IMG/VR virus record: IMGVR_UViG_3300026549_000029
Span: 64,001 to 128,000 of that record
Strand: one strand, 5' to 3'
Source: a virus
Lineage: Duplodnaviria > Caudoviricetes
Length of the DNA: 64,000 bases
The translations under genes and the position numbers were made by a program. The notes beneath the pieces were generated by a model, which saw only the letters and a program-made list of their open reading frames with translations, was not told where the DNA came from and ran no database searches. Below, piece after piece: positions 9,406 through 18,749 of the stretch. Each line of letters starts with the position of its first letter. Position 1 is the stretch's first letter.

Positions 9406-11778
9406 ATGGCAGAGAAAATACTTAAACATATTGCTCATGATCAGTACATATCTGATTTAGCATTATATACTCTAGCTGTTAACTTAGTTAGAGCATTACC
9501 AGATGTAAGAGATGGTTTAAAACCTGTTACTAGAAGAATTATTTATACTTTATTAAATGATGAAAAAGCTATATATCCTAAGACTATTAAGTCTCAAAAA
9601 GTGGATGGTGATGTTATGGGTAATTATCATCCACATGGTAGTTCTTATCCATCATTTAAGACTTTAGTAAATTATTTTGAAATTAAAACTCCAATAGTAT
9701 ATGGTCAAGGTGGCTGGGGATCTGTAGCAGGTGGACCTCCATCAGCAGCAAGATATACAGAATGTGCACTTAATCAATTTGGATTAGAGTGTGTATGTGG
9801 AGCTCTTGCTAATAATAAAGAAGTAGTAGATTGGAATCCTACTTATAATAATATGGGATATGAACCTCAGTATTTACCAGTAAAAGTTCCATTATTATTG
9901 ATTAATGGTATTCTTGGTGGTATTGGTACTGGAGTAAAAGCTGATTTACCTTCTCATTGTATTAATGAAGTTATTGATGCTACTTTAAGATTAATTGATA
10001 ATCCTAAGAGTCCTGTAGTATTAATTCCAGATCATTGTTTACCTTGTGATATTATCGATACAGATTGGGTAAATATCTGTAATAAAGGTCAGGGTAATTA
10101 TAGAGCTAGAGCTACTATGGAAGTTTCTTATGATAAGAATGATTATCCATATATTACTATTACATCTCTTCCTTCTTATGGTACTTCTAATGTAGTAGCA
10201 AAGATAGAAGAAGGGATAAATAATGGTAAATTTCCTCAGATACTAGACATAAATGATGAATCTAAGAATGAATATGGAGTTAGGATTGTAATTAAGCTTA
10301 AGAAAGGTACTGATGTTAATTTTGTTAAAGAGGCTTTATTTAAATATAGTCCTTGTGAACAATCTTTTAGAGTAAATTTTGAAGTTGTATTAGGAACAGA
10401 ATTAGTAAGATTATCTTATAAAGAATATCTTAAATTATTTATTCAATTTGCTATAAATAATAAGATTAAAGAATATGCAGCAAGAAATTATGTAGTGGCG
10501 ACAAGATTGCATAGACTTGATGCATTTATTAAAATTGTAGGTTCTAAAGATATAGATAAAATTATAGATTTAATTAAGAAAAGAAAAGAATCTACAGATA
10601 ATGAATTAATTGAGTTATTAATAAAGAAATATGGATTGACCAATATTCAAGCATCTTATATTATTAATGCTCAAATTAAGCAATTATCTAAAGGATATTT
10701 ATCCAAATATAAAGAGGAATTTGATAAATTATCTAAAGAAGAAAAATGGTTAGAAGATAGATTATCAGATGATACGCTTATATTAGGTGATGTAAAAGAA
10801 GAATTAATTGCTATTAAAAAGAAATATGGTAGGAATAGAATATGCAAAGTTATTAAAGTAAGCAACTTAGGTAATATTCCAGAAGGTAATTTTAAAATAG
10901 TTATTACTGAAAATAACTATGTTAGAAAACTTATGGAAAATGATCCTGTAAATATTGTTAAAGGAGATAGACCTAAGTTTGTTATCAATGTAAGTAATTT
11001 AGAGAATCTAATCTTATTTGATAATAAGGGAAGAGTGTTTAAATTACCTATACATAAGATTCCTATCATATCTAAATCAGATCCTGGTATTGATATAAAA
11101 GGAGTATTGAAAGGTTTAACAGCAGATATTATATCTGTTATATATGAACCTCAATTAATTACTTTATCTAAGCTCAGACAGAAAATCTATATTGCTATAC
11201 TATCTAAAAATAATACTCTAAAGAAGCTTGATATACAAGATTTTCTTAATGTACCTCCAAGTGGAATTATATATTCTAAGATAAATCAAGATGATGATAT
11301 AGTAAGTGTCCAAATTATTTCTGATAATATGGATCTTATTCTATATAGTTACGATAAAGCTCTTAGAATATCTACTAAAGATATAGCATTACTGAAGAGA
11401 AATACTATTGGAACTTTAGGAATGGGAGGTAAACATGGTCCATTAGAAGGGATGAGTATTATTTATACAGATAAGAATCCTACTAAATATATTTTAGTGG
11501 TAACAGAATCTGGAAAAATAAATAAATTTCTTGCTAGTGGATTTGAGAGATCTCAAAGAAATAAAGCTGGTAGTAGAGTAATAGATCTTGGTAAGAATGA
11601 CAAGATCTATAAATTATTTGGAGTTACAGATAAAGATACTTTAGTAATTACAACTACAGCAAATAAGTTGCAATTAAAAGTAAAAGATATTACTTTAGCT
11701 TCTTCTATAAGTAAAGGAGAAAAAATAATCAATACTAAATCTGATATAATTTTAAAAGCGGAAATTATTAGTGAATAA
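9406..11778 (+). CDS. gyrA: DNA gyrase/type IIA topoisomerase subunit A
   Basis: RALPDVRDGLKPV, YHPHG, active-site AARYTE, C-terminal beta-pinwheel repeats. Confidence 0.95.
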   Translation: MAEKILKHIAHDQYISDLALYTLAVNLVRALPDVRDGLKPVTRRIIYTLLNDEKAIYPKTIKSQKVDGDVMGNYHPHGSSYPSFKTLVNYFEIKTPIVYGQGGWGSVAGGPPSAARYTECALNQFGLECVCGALANNKEVVDWNPTYNNMGYEPQYLPVKVPLLLINGILGGIGTGVKADLPSHCINEVIDATLRLIDNPKSPVVLIPDHCLPCDIIDTDWVNICNKGQGNYRARATMEVSYDKNDYPYITITSLPSYGTSNVVAKIEEGINNGKFPQILDINDESKNEYGVRIVIKLKKGTDVNFVKEALFKYSPCEQSFRVNFEVVLGTELVRLSYKEYLKLFIQFAINNKIKEYAARNYVVATRLHRLDAFIKIVGSKDIDKIIDLIKKRKESTDNELIELLIKKYGLTNIQASYIINAQIKQLSKGYLSKYKEEFDKLSKEEKWLEDRLSDDTLILGDVKEELIAIKKKYGRNRICKVIKVSNLGNIPEGNFKIVITENNYVRKLMENDPVNIVKGDRPKFVINVSNLENLILFDNKGRVFKLPIHKIPIISKSDPGIDIKGVLKGLTADIISVIYEPQLITLSKLRQKIYIAILSKNNTLKKLDIQDFLNVPPSGIIYSKINQDDDIVSVQIISDNMDLILYSYDKALRISTKDIALLKRNTIGTLGMGGKHGPLEGMSIIYTDKNPTKYILVVTESGKINKFLASGFERSQRNKAGSRVIDLGKNDKIYKLFGVTDKDTLVITTTANKLQLKVKDITLASSISKGEKIINTKSDIILKAEIISE

Positions 11779-11784
11779 AAACGG

Positions 11785-11810
11785 GGGTAAGAGGATTAAT
11801 CCTCTTACCC
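11785..11810. terminator. Terminator between convergent genes
   Basis: GGGTAAGAGGA-ttaa-TCCTCTTACCC. Confidence 0.75.
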
Positions 11811-11838
11811 TTAATTATATTTTTTTTACTCTTATTTA

Positions 11839-11973
11839 TTATGCATTCCCATTAGGAATAGACTTAAGATAATTTGCCTGAGCAGTAGTAATCCACTTTT
11901 TTGCAAGAGCTTTATCAACTTCAGCATCAGTAAGATTTCCTTTTCTACGCATTCTAAGAAGAGTATTATACAT
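11839..11973 (-). CDS. XkdX-like small tail-associated protein (44 aa, not in track)
   Basis: AAGGAGG RBS; MYNTLLRMRRKGNLTDAEVDKALAKKWITTAQANYLKSIPNGNA resembles the XkdX-type 'A..KWIT..' pattern. Confidence 0.65.
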   Translation of the reverse strand: MYNTLLRMRRKGNLTDAEVDKALAKKWITTAQANYLKSIPNGNA

Positions 11974-12032
11974 ATTAAAAATCCTCCTTATAAGATCGAT
12001 CTATATAGTATATCGGATATTAATTATGAAAA

Positions 12033-12482
12033 TTATTCAGTGGGTTCCTGGTTAGGATCAACCTCAGGTTCAGATTCATCTTCAGGGAAAAGTTTTTCAT
12101 CACCAAAGATAATAGCAAGAATATCATCAACAACCTCTTCAAGATCTGCAAGTCTTTCATCAATACTCTTCTTAATGCAGACAATTATGAATGCAGTATT
12201 GATAATTTCTTCACCAGTTTCAGGATCAATACCATTACTATACTGAGGAAGCTTAGCAACTTCTTTAATTGCAGTATAGCCATAATACTTAGCAATATAA
12301 GAAGTATCATCACCCTTACCAAGAACAACATCAAATTCATCTACACCAGAAAATGCAGATTCAATTTCTTCAAGAGTTTTATTATTGCAAATAATAGTAA
12401 AAGATATAGAGCTTTCATCACCAGTATATCCATTATCTGCAAGAGTAAACTCATAGCCATTTGATAAAACAACTTTCGACAT
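12033..12482 (-). CDS. Tail-fibre-associated (XkdW-like) protein
   Basis: AAGGAGG RBS; C-terminal coiled coil SIDERLADLEEVVDDIL, typical of genes preceding xkdX-like genes. Confidence 0.6.
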   Translation of the reverse strand: MSKVVLSNGYEFTLADNGYTGDESSISFTIICNNKTLEEIESAFSGVDEFDVVLGKGDDTSYIAKYYGYTAIKEVAKLPQYSNGIDPETGEEIINTAFIIVCIKKSIDERLADLEEVVDDILAIIFGDEKLFPEDESEPEVDPNQEPTE

Positions 12483-12505
12483 AATTATGTCCTCCTTAAA
12501 TAATT

Positions 12506-12521
12506 TAAAAACATGTTTTTA
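12506..12521. promoter_or_regulatory. Perfect 16-bp palindrome TAAAAACATGTTTTTA, forming AACA-N6-TA on both strands
   Basis: Lies between the divergent genes starting at 12482 (-) and 12552 (+). Confidence 0.6.
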
Positions 12522-12551
12522 GATTTTAGAAAGGATTTAACTTGATAAAAT

Positions 12552-13544
12552 ATGGTAAGTAATATAGAAATGATTCTAAAACTAATGGAACAAGATCTAA
12601 ATGAATACCAATTAGCTAAGCTCAAAAATGTTTTAGAAATCATTCTTAAAACTACTAGAAACTCTCTACCAAATGAAGAATTGATAGACAGATTCATACA
12701 AAATAAAAAATTAGTTGGACTTTCTCAATCTTCTATAGTTCATTATACTGGTGAAGCCCGTAGATTAGCAGCTTATTACCCTAATAGAAATCTAACAGAA
12801 CTTACTACAGCAGATATAAAAGATTATTTATCTGAATATGTTGCAGAACGTAATTTACAGGCAAGCACTACTCAAACTATGGTAAGATTTCTATCAGCAT
12901 TTTATGATTTTCTTGTAAATGAAGAGTATATAGAAAGAAATCCTTGCCATAGAATAGAAAAAATTATAGTAGAAAAGAAGATTAAAAAAGCTTTTACAGA
13001 AGAAGATATAGAAGCATTAAGAAATGCTTGTACTACTTCTAGAGATAGAGCTTTTCTAGAATTTCTTTATTCTACAGGCTGTAGAATATCAGAGACATTA
13101 AGCCTAAAAGTACAAGATATTGATTTCTCAGAAGGAGAAATTATTGTGTTTGGTAAAGGTCATAAAGAGAGAATAGTATATTTATCAAATATTTGTATGG
13201 AATGGTTAAAAATATATTTAACTCAGAGAAATGCTCAACCTGAAGAACCATTGTTTAGTCATTTAGATTCTCCTAAAAAGAAATTAACTGTAAGAGCAGC
13301 ACAACTTATTTTAAAAGATTTAGGTCTCAAAAGTGGTGTTGATAATGTACATCCTCATAGATTCAGACGTACTATGGCAACACATGCTATGGATAAAGGT
13401 ATGCCTATTGAACAGATTAAAGAACTTTTAGGTCATTCTAAATTAGATACAACAATGATTTATTGTAATGTGAATGCTGGGAAAGTTAAAGCTAGTTTTA
13501 AAAATATATTTAATGATAATGATCCTTTTAATAATAAAAATTAA
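12552..13544 (+). CDS. Tyrosine recombinase (XerC/D-like)
   Basis: Complete catalytic set: TGCRISE, GKGHKER, HPHRFRR, LGH, TTMIY. Confidence 0.95.
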   Translation: MVSNIEMILKLMEQDLNEYQLAKLKNVLEIILKTTRNSLPNEELIDRFIQNKKLVGLSQSSIVHYTGEARRLAAYYPNRNLTELTTADIKDYLSEYVAERNLQASTTQTMVRFLSAFYDFLVNEEYIERNPCHRIEKIIVEKKIKKAFTEEDIEALRNACTTSRDRAFLEFLYSTGCRISETLSLKVQDIDFSEGEIIVFGKGHKERIVYLSNICMEWLKIYLTQRNAQPEEPLFSHLDSPKKKLTVRAAQLILKDLGLKSGVDNVHPHRFRRTMATHAMDKGMPIEQIKELLGHSKLDTTMIYCNVNAGKVKASFKNIFNDNDPFNNKN

Positions 13545-13583
13545 TTTTAATAACTATATATTGTGAGATTTTGACTTTAACAG

Positions 13584-13672
13584 TTATATAAAGTACTCAT
13601 TTATGGTGCTGAGGTGGGTGCTTTGTATGGTTCAATTACTTGTTTCTTGTCCATACTCATGATTCATTTTTA
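13584..13672 (+). repeat. Imperfect ~90-bp direct repeat, copy 1 (structured RNA candidate)
   Basis: TTATATAAAGTACTCATTTATGGTGCTGAGGTGGGTGCTTTGTATG...TGTCCATAC...ATGATTCATTTTTA, homologous to 16606-16696. Confidence 0.85.
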
Positions 13673-13683
13673 TTTTCTCCAGA

Positions 13684-13707
13684 GCTAGGTTCCATATGGA
13701 ACCTAGC
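13684..13707 (+). terminator. Intrinsic terminator
   Basis: GCTAGGTTCC-atat-GGAACCTAGC followed by a T tract. Confidence 0.75.
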
Positions 13708-13779
13708 ATTTATTTTTAAAAAAATAAAAATAAATATTATAATATTAATATATGGTATTAATATTATTTAAAAGGAGAA

Positions 13780-16554
13780 ATGGAAATGAATACAGAGAAA
13801 AAGAAATTAGAACTTTATGAACATAATCTTGAAGCTTATAATGAACTTATTAATTTTATAAATAATAATAAAAATAATAAGATTTGTATTATACGTCCTA
13901 CTGGAACAGGTAAAGCTTTTATTGAACTTAAATTTATTGAAGAAAATATTGATAAAAAGTTTCTTCATATTACATCTTATACAGAAAATCTTAATCAGTT
14001 TAAAAGATATGTAGATGAATATCTTGATAATCCTAATATTGTATATTCTACATATGCTGGATTAAAAAATATCTGTAATGATTATGAAGATTATTTTGAT
14101 TATATTATAACAGATGAATTTCATCATATTGGAGCTCCTAAATGGACAGCATCTCTTAATAAATTATCCAATCAGAATCCAAATGCAACTATTATAGGAT
14201 TATCTGCTACGGAAAAAAGATATTCTGATATTACTATAAATGGTACACCTAGAGATGTATCAGAAGAGTATTTTAATAATAATATAATAGCAAATTTATC
14301 ATTAAGTGATGCTATTATGAATGGTATATTACCTGTACCAAATTATATTTATGGTATAATTAATATTGTTGAAATACTTAATAATTGTAAAAATGACAAA
14401 AATCTTTATAAAAATGCTAAGAAAAATATCGAAAAAAAGATTAATAATATTAAAAGTGTAATAAATGAAAATATTAAAAGAAAAAATGGAAAATATATAA
14501 TTTTCTGTAGAAATATAGAGCATAAAGAATCTGTAAAGTATGAAGCATTATCCGAATGGTTTATAGATTTTAATGTATCTGTATATGATATTGATTCTAC
14601 TAAATCAGTAAAAAAGAATAGAGAAAATATAGATAATTTTATAAATAATAATGATGATACTCTTAAATTATTATTTAGTGTAAATATGTTAAATGAAGGA
14701 GTTCATATAAAAGGTGTAGATGGTGTAATACTTAGTAGATATACAGAAAGTAATAATGTATATTTTCAGCAGATTGGACGGGCATTATCATCTGATTATA
14801 TAGAATATAATAATCAGAATCCTGTAATAATAGATCTTGTTAATAATATTAAAAATATTGCTAATATTGTAGATTTTTGGATTCCTTTATATAATAATTT
14901 AAAAGAAATTAATAGAATTAGTGAAAAAGAATGTGAATCATTATTTATGCTTAAATTTAATTCTTTAAATAGTAATTTATTAATTGAATTATTTAATTTT
15001 ATTAATAAAATTAAAATAAAGCCTATAGAAGAATGGTTTAAAGAATTAGATAAGTTTTATGAAAAAAATGGTAGGTATCCTAAGACTAATGAAGGAAGTA
15101 TAGGACATTGGCTTAATGACATTAAAGTAAAAGCAAGACAAGGTAAAGCATCAGATTATATTTTATCTGAACTTGAAAAAAGAGGAATTAATTTAGATTT
15201 TAAAATTAAATCTACAAAAGAACGATTTAAAGAATTAGATAAGTTTTATGAAGAAAATGGTAGGTATCCTAAAAAAAGAGATGGAAGTATAGGAGAATGG
15301 TTTATAGATATTAAAGTAAAAGCAAGACAAGGTAAAGCATCAGATTATATTTTATCTGAACTTGAAAAAAGAAATATTAATTTAAATACTATATATGCTA
15401 AAGCTAAATCTATGGAAGAATGGTTTAAAGAATTAGATAAGTTTTATGAAGAAAATGGTAGATATCCTAATACTAAAGATAAAAGTATGGGAAATTGGTT
15501 TAAAGATATTAAAGTAAAAGCAAGACAAGGTAAAGCATCAGATTATATTTTATCTGAACTTGAAAAAAGAGGAATTAATTTTAGTAGTAAGTGTAAATCC
15601 ATAGAAGAATGGTTTAAAGAATTAGATAAGTTTTATGAAGAAGATGGTAGGTATCCTAAAGAAAGAGATGGAAGTATAGGAGAATGGTTTAAAAATATTA
15701 AAGTAAAAGCAAGACAAGGTAAAGCATCAGATTATATTTTATCTGAACTTGAAAAAAGAAATATTAATTTAAATATAATACGTACTAGTATTAGAGGTAG
15801 ATCTATAGAAGAATGGTTTAAAGAATTAGATAAGTTTTATGAAGAAAATGATAGATATCCAAATACTAATGATGGAAGTATAGGAAGTTGGCTTAAAAAG
15901 ATTAAAGTAAAAGCAAGACAAGGTAAAGCATCAGATTATATTTTATCTGAACTTGAAAAAAGAAATATTAGTATAATCTCTTTAATAATAGATGATAAGC
16001 TTATAGAATTAGATAAATTCTATAAAGAAAATGGTAGATATCCTGAATGGAATGAAGGAAAAATAGGACAATGGCTTTTAAGTACTAAAACTAGAATAAA
16101 ACATGGTAAAGCATCAGATTATATTTTATCTGAACTTGAAAAAAGAGGAATAAATACTAATAATAAATATAAATCTGCAGAAGAGCAATTTATAGAATTT
16201 GATAAATTCTATAAAGAAAATTATAGATATCCTAGAGCTAAAGACGGAGAAATAGGAAGGTGGTTTTTAAATACTATTAATAGAGTAAAACAAGGTAAAG
16301 CATCAGATTATGTTTTATCTGAACTTGAAAAAAGAAATATTAGTTTAAATTCTAAAATTAGATCTGCAGAAGAGCGATTTATAGAATTGGATAAGTTTTA
16401 TGAAAAGAATGGTAGATATCCTAAGACTAATGAAGGAGGTATAGGAGGTTGGCTTAGAGATATTAGAGCAGATGTAAGACAAGGTAAAGCATCAGATTAT
16501 ATTTTATCTGAACTTGAAAAAAGAGGAATTAAATCTAATAAAAAAAGAAAATAA
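13780..16554 (+). CDS. SF2 (DExH) helicase with 8 C-terminal helicase-associated (HA)-like repeats
   Basis: PTGTGK, DEFHH, SAT, LNEGVH, QQIGRA, followed by 8 units of ELDKFY..NGRYP....IG.W...ILSELEKR. Confidence 0.9.
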   Translation: MEMNTEKKKLELYEHNLEAYNELINFINNNKNNKICIIRPTGTGKAFIELKFIEENIDKKFLHITSYTENLNQFKRYVDEYLDNPNIVYSTYAGLKNICNDYEDYFDYIITDEFHHIGAPKWTASLNKLSNQNPNATIIGLSATEKRYSDITINGTPRDVSEEYFNNNIIANLSLSDAIMNGILPVPNYIYGIINIVEILNNCKNDKNLYKNAKKNIEKKINNIKSVINENIKRKNGKYIIFCRNIEHKESVKYEALSEWFIDFNVSVYDIDSTKSVKKNRENIDNFINNNDDTLKLLFSVNMLNEGVHIKGVDGVILSRYTESNNVYFQQIGRALSSDYIEYNNQNPVIIDLVNNIKNIANIVDFWIPLYNNLKEINRISEKECESLFMLKFNSLNSNLLIELFNFINKIKIKPIEEWFKELDKFYEKNGRYPKTNEGSIGHWLNDIKVKARQGKASDYILSELEKRGINLDFKIKSTKERFKELDKFYEENGRYPKKRDGSIGEWFIDIKVKARQGKASDYILSELEKRNINLNTIYAKAKSMEEWFKELDKFYEENGRYPNTKDKSMGNWFKDIKVKARQGKASDYILSELEKRGINFSSKCKSIEEWFKELDKFYEEDGRYPKERDGSIGEWFKNIKVKARQGKASDYILSELEKRNINLNIIRTSIRGRSIEEWFKELDKFYEENDRYPNTNDGSIGSWLKKIKVKARQGKASDYILSELEKRNISIISLIIDDKLIELDKFYKENGRYPEWNEGKIGQWLLSTKTRIKHGKASDYILSELEKRGINTNNKYKSAEEQFIEFDKFYKENYRYPRAKDGEIGRWFLNTINRVKQGKASDYVLSELEKRNISLNSKIRSAEERFIELDKFYEKNGRYPKTNEGGIGGWLRDIRADVRQGKASDYILSELEKRGIKSNKKRK
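15025..16530 (+). repeat. Coding tandem array of 8 units of ~180-205 bp
   Basis: A 63-nt block ATTAAAGTAAAAGCAAGACAAGG...GAACTTGAAAAAAGA is identical at 15121, 15310, 15508, 15697 and 15901. Confidence 0.95.
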
Positions 16555-16557
16555 AAA

Positions 16558-16583
16558 ATAAAGAGGGATTTCTCCCTCTTTAT
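16558..16583 (+). terminator. Intrinsic terminator
   Basis: ATAAAGAGGGA-tttc-TCCCTCTTTAT followed by a T run. Confidence 0.75.
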
Positions 16584-16605
16584 TTTTTTTAATATTCTCT
16601 TTTCT

Positions 16606-16696
16606 TTATATAAAGTATTCATTTATAATACTGAGGTGGGTACTTTGTATGACTCAAATACTTGTTATTTGTCCATACCCTTATGATTCATTTTTA
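16606..16696 (+). repeat. Imperfect ~90-bp direct repeat, copy 2
   Basis: TTATATAAAGTATTCATTTATAATACTGAGGTGGGTACTTTGTATG...TGTCCATAC...ATGATTCATTTTTA. Confidence 0.85.
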
Positions 16697-16773
16697 TTAT
16701 TTTTTATTTAATAAAAATATATTATAATAATAAGAATATTAATATGATTAAAAAATAAAAGGGGAAAATTAAA

Positions 16774-16977
16774 ATGAATAAATTAGAATTGGTTACACCT
16801 TGTAAATATGAAGTTATAGCAGAATTAGGTCTTAATGATTGGAATCCTAAAAAAGTTATAGTTAAAGCTGAAACAATTAAAAAAGCTAAAATATTAGCTA
16901 GACAATATTTAAAAAATAAATATAATATAAAGAAAGTATTTTTTATTAAAATACGAAAAATAAAGGAAGGTGTTTGA
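16774..16977 (+). CDS. small hypothetical protein
   Basis: AAGGGG RBS; near-consensus promoter at 16720. Confidence 0.65.
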   Translation: MNKLELVTPCKYEVIAELGLNDWNPKKVIVKAETIKKAKILARQYLKNKYNIKKVFFIKIRKIKEGV

Positions 16978-16994
16978 ACCTTCCTTTATTTTTT

Positions 16995-17732
16995 CTAATA
17001 TTCTCTTTCCATTCTTTTCTTTTTTCTTTCTAAACTATGAGGATTATAATAATCTTCATCTATTAAATTACTATGAATTCCGGCTCCAATTAAATAAACA
17101 TTCATAGTATTCTTAGCAATACTATCAGTCTTTTCTGTATCAATATCTTTAAAGCTTACTTCACCTTTTACACTAATAGTACTATAAGCTTCAGTCTTTG
17201 CTTTCATAGCAGCTGCTTTAATTCTAGCATATTCTTCTACAGTTCTCTCTAATCCTAAAGCTAATGCACCTTCAAACTCTTTATTAGATTCTGTACCACC
17301 TTTATCATGTGATAATAATCTACCTGTCTTCATATCCCTATTAGCAATCTCAATAGCAGTATTATTCTTTTTAGTAAGCATTTGTTTAAGTCTTTTAATA
17401 TTCATATAGCCTACTAAACATTCTTGAGATTCTATAGGTTTACCATCTTTATTTCTTGCTAAATAAGGTAACTTAACTTTTTCTATTAAAGGTTTATTAA
17501 GTACTTTAAATGCATTAATAATGTCAGGCATTTTAGGTTCATTATTAAAAGGAGATACATGATAACGGAAAGGTAATCTTCCAGATATTAATTCAGTAAA
17601 TTGTTTATCTGTCATATTAGATAATAAAGTTTGATAATATTCTGTATTAGCTCCAGTAGGATCTATAGCATCAAAAGTTCTATAAATAAGCTCTTCGCAT
17701 TGCTTTCTTTTTTCTGGAGAAATTATAGGCAT
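16995..17732 (-). CDS. Multisubunit RNA polymerase beta C-terminal fragment (probably virion RNAP)
   Basis: LVGYMNIKRLKQMLTKK...KTG...KGG...EFEGALALG...EE...K aligns by eye with the bacterial beta C-terminus VGYMYMLKL.H...T.QP.GG...E..AL.AYG..E...K. Split beta subunits are characteristic of phiKZ/AR9-like phages. Confidence 0.7.
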   Translation of the reverse strand: MPIISPEKRKQCEELIYRTFDAIDPTGANTEYYQTLLSNMTDKQFTELISGRLPFRYHVSPFNNEPKMPDIINAFKVLNKPLIEKVKLPYLARNKDGKPIESQECLVGYMNIKRLKQMLTKKNNTAIEIANRDMKTGRLLSHDKGGTESNKEFEGALALGLERTVEEYARIKAAAMKAKTEAYSTISVKGEVSFKDIDTEKTDSIAKNTMNVYLIGAGIHSNLIDEDYYNPHSLERKKKRMEREY

Positions 17733-17786
17733 AACTAATCTCCTTTTATTATTTTTTTAAAGAAATTATTAATATAATTAATCTTA

Positions 17787-18239
17787 TTATAATTTATATG
17801 ATAAAATACAATCATTTTTTCCTTCATCAAAATCAAATTTTCCTCTTATATATTTAGCAGAATTTGTTTTAATTATATTTTTTAAAAAATGAAAAGCATC
17901 GGATGCTTTCTTTAAAAATTCTGCAAATTCTTTTTCTGATAATTCATTATTTTTATTTGTATATGTTTCGCATTTTAAAAAAGTAAATTTATTTGTATCA
18001 CAATAATCTGTAAAATCTTCATAATTATCTTTTGTTATAAAATAACCATCTGTATTTGGATATAAAATAAATGTTGTATATTTTAAATCATTTTTATATT
18101 TTTCTTTAGTTTTCTTTATAGCATCTTTAGAAATTTTTAATATAGTAGATATTTCTTTTTTACGTATAGCTGATTCATCTGAAGATTCATTAACAAGATA
18201 ATTATGTATACTAGATTCACTTAAATAAAATATAGCCAT
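17787..18239 (-). CDS. hypothetical protein, possible virion internal protein
   Basis: Best start is ATG18239 after GGAGG; N-terminus MAIFYLSE...LVNE. Confidence 0.75.
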   Translation of the reverse strand: MAIFYLSESSIHNYLVNESSDESAIRKKEISTILKISKDAIKKTKEKYKNDLKYTTFILYPNTDGYFITKDNYEDFTDYCDTNKFTFLKCETYTNKNNELSEKEFAEFLKKASDAFHFLKNIIKTNSAKYIRGKFDFDEGKNDCILSYKL

Positions 18240-18253
18240 GATTAGTTCCTCCA

Positions 18254-18748
18254 TTAATTATATTTTTCTATCCATTCCCAATTCCAGCCATATAATTCAG
18301 CACTAAATTTTGTAGGATTATTAAATGGACCATATGTAAATTTATGTCCCGGTTTACCATCATCACCAATAACTTTAATTTTTCCAATACAAATCTGATT
18401 TACTTCTTCTAATATCCATAATTCATCAGTTATACCAGAATCTGGTACTTCTTTTATACTTGGTTTATATATTTTAAAATTACTATTTGGATCTGGAATT
18501 TGAACAAAAAATTCTTCTAAAGAACAATTTCTGCTTAATGCCATTAAACATTTATCTATACTAGGAGCAAAACATACTCTTGGAGTTTTATTATCTTCAT
18601 ATCCATTTTTAACAAAATAGTTATCAGGTATTCTAGGTATAGCTATTTTATTATTTTCATTAGTATGAGTAAGCCTAAATATTTTTATCTTTTCTATATT
18701 CTTTAATTTAGTATATTCAGTTATATATTCCATATTAAATATGCCCAT
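18254..18748 (-). CDS. Conserved phage protein, possible ADP-ribosyltransferase-like fold
   Basis: FRLT...PRIP...EDNKTPRVCFAPS...VPDS.ITDELW. Confidence 0.55.
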   Translation of the reverse strand: MGIFNMEYITEYTKLKNIEKIKIFRLTHTNENNKIAIPRIPDNYFVKNGYEDNKTPRVCFAPSIDKCLMALSRNCSLEEFFVQIPDPNSNFKIYKPSIKEVPDSGITDELWILEEVNQICIGKIKVIGDDGKPGHKFTYGPFNNPTKFSAELYGWNWEWIEKYN

Positions 18749-18749
18749 A

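Noticed and set aside
12552-13544. Evidence that the window is an integrated prophage
   Set aside because: No host genes, repressor or att boundary are visible, and gene content and promoter motifs are phage-like throughout.
15025-16530. CRISPR array or DGR template/variable repeats
   Set aside because: Units are ~190 bp, in frame and protein-coding, with homologous 'spacers'. There is no cas or reverse transcriptase gene in the window.
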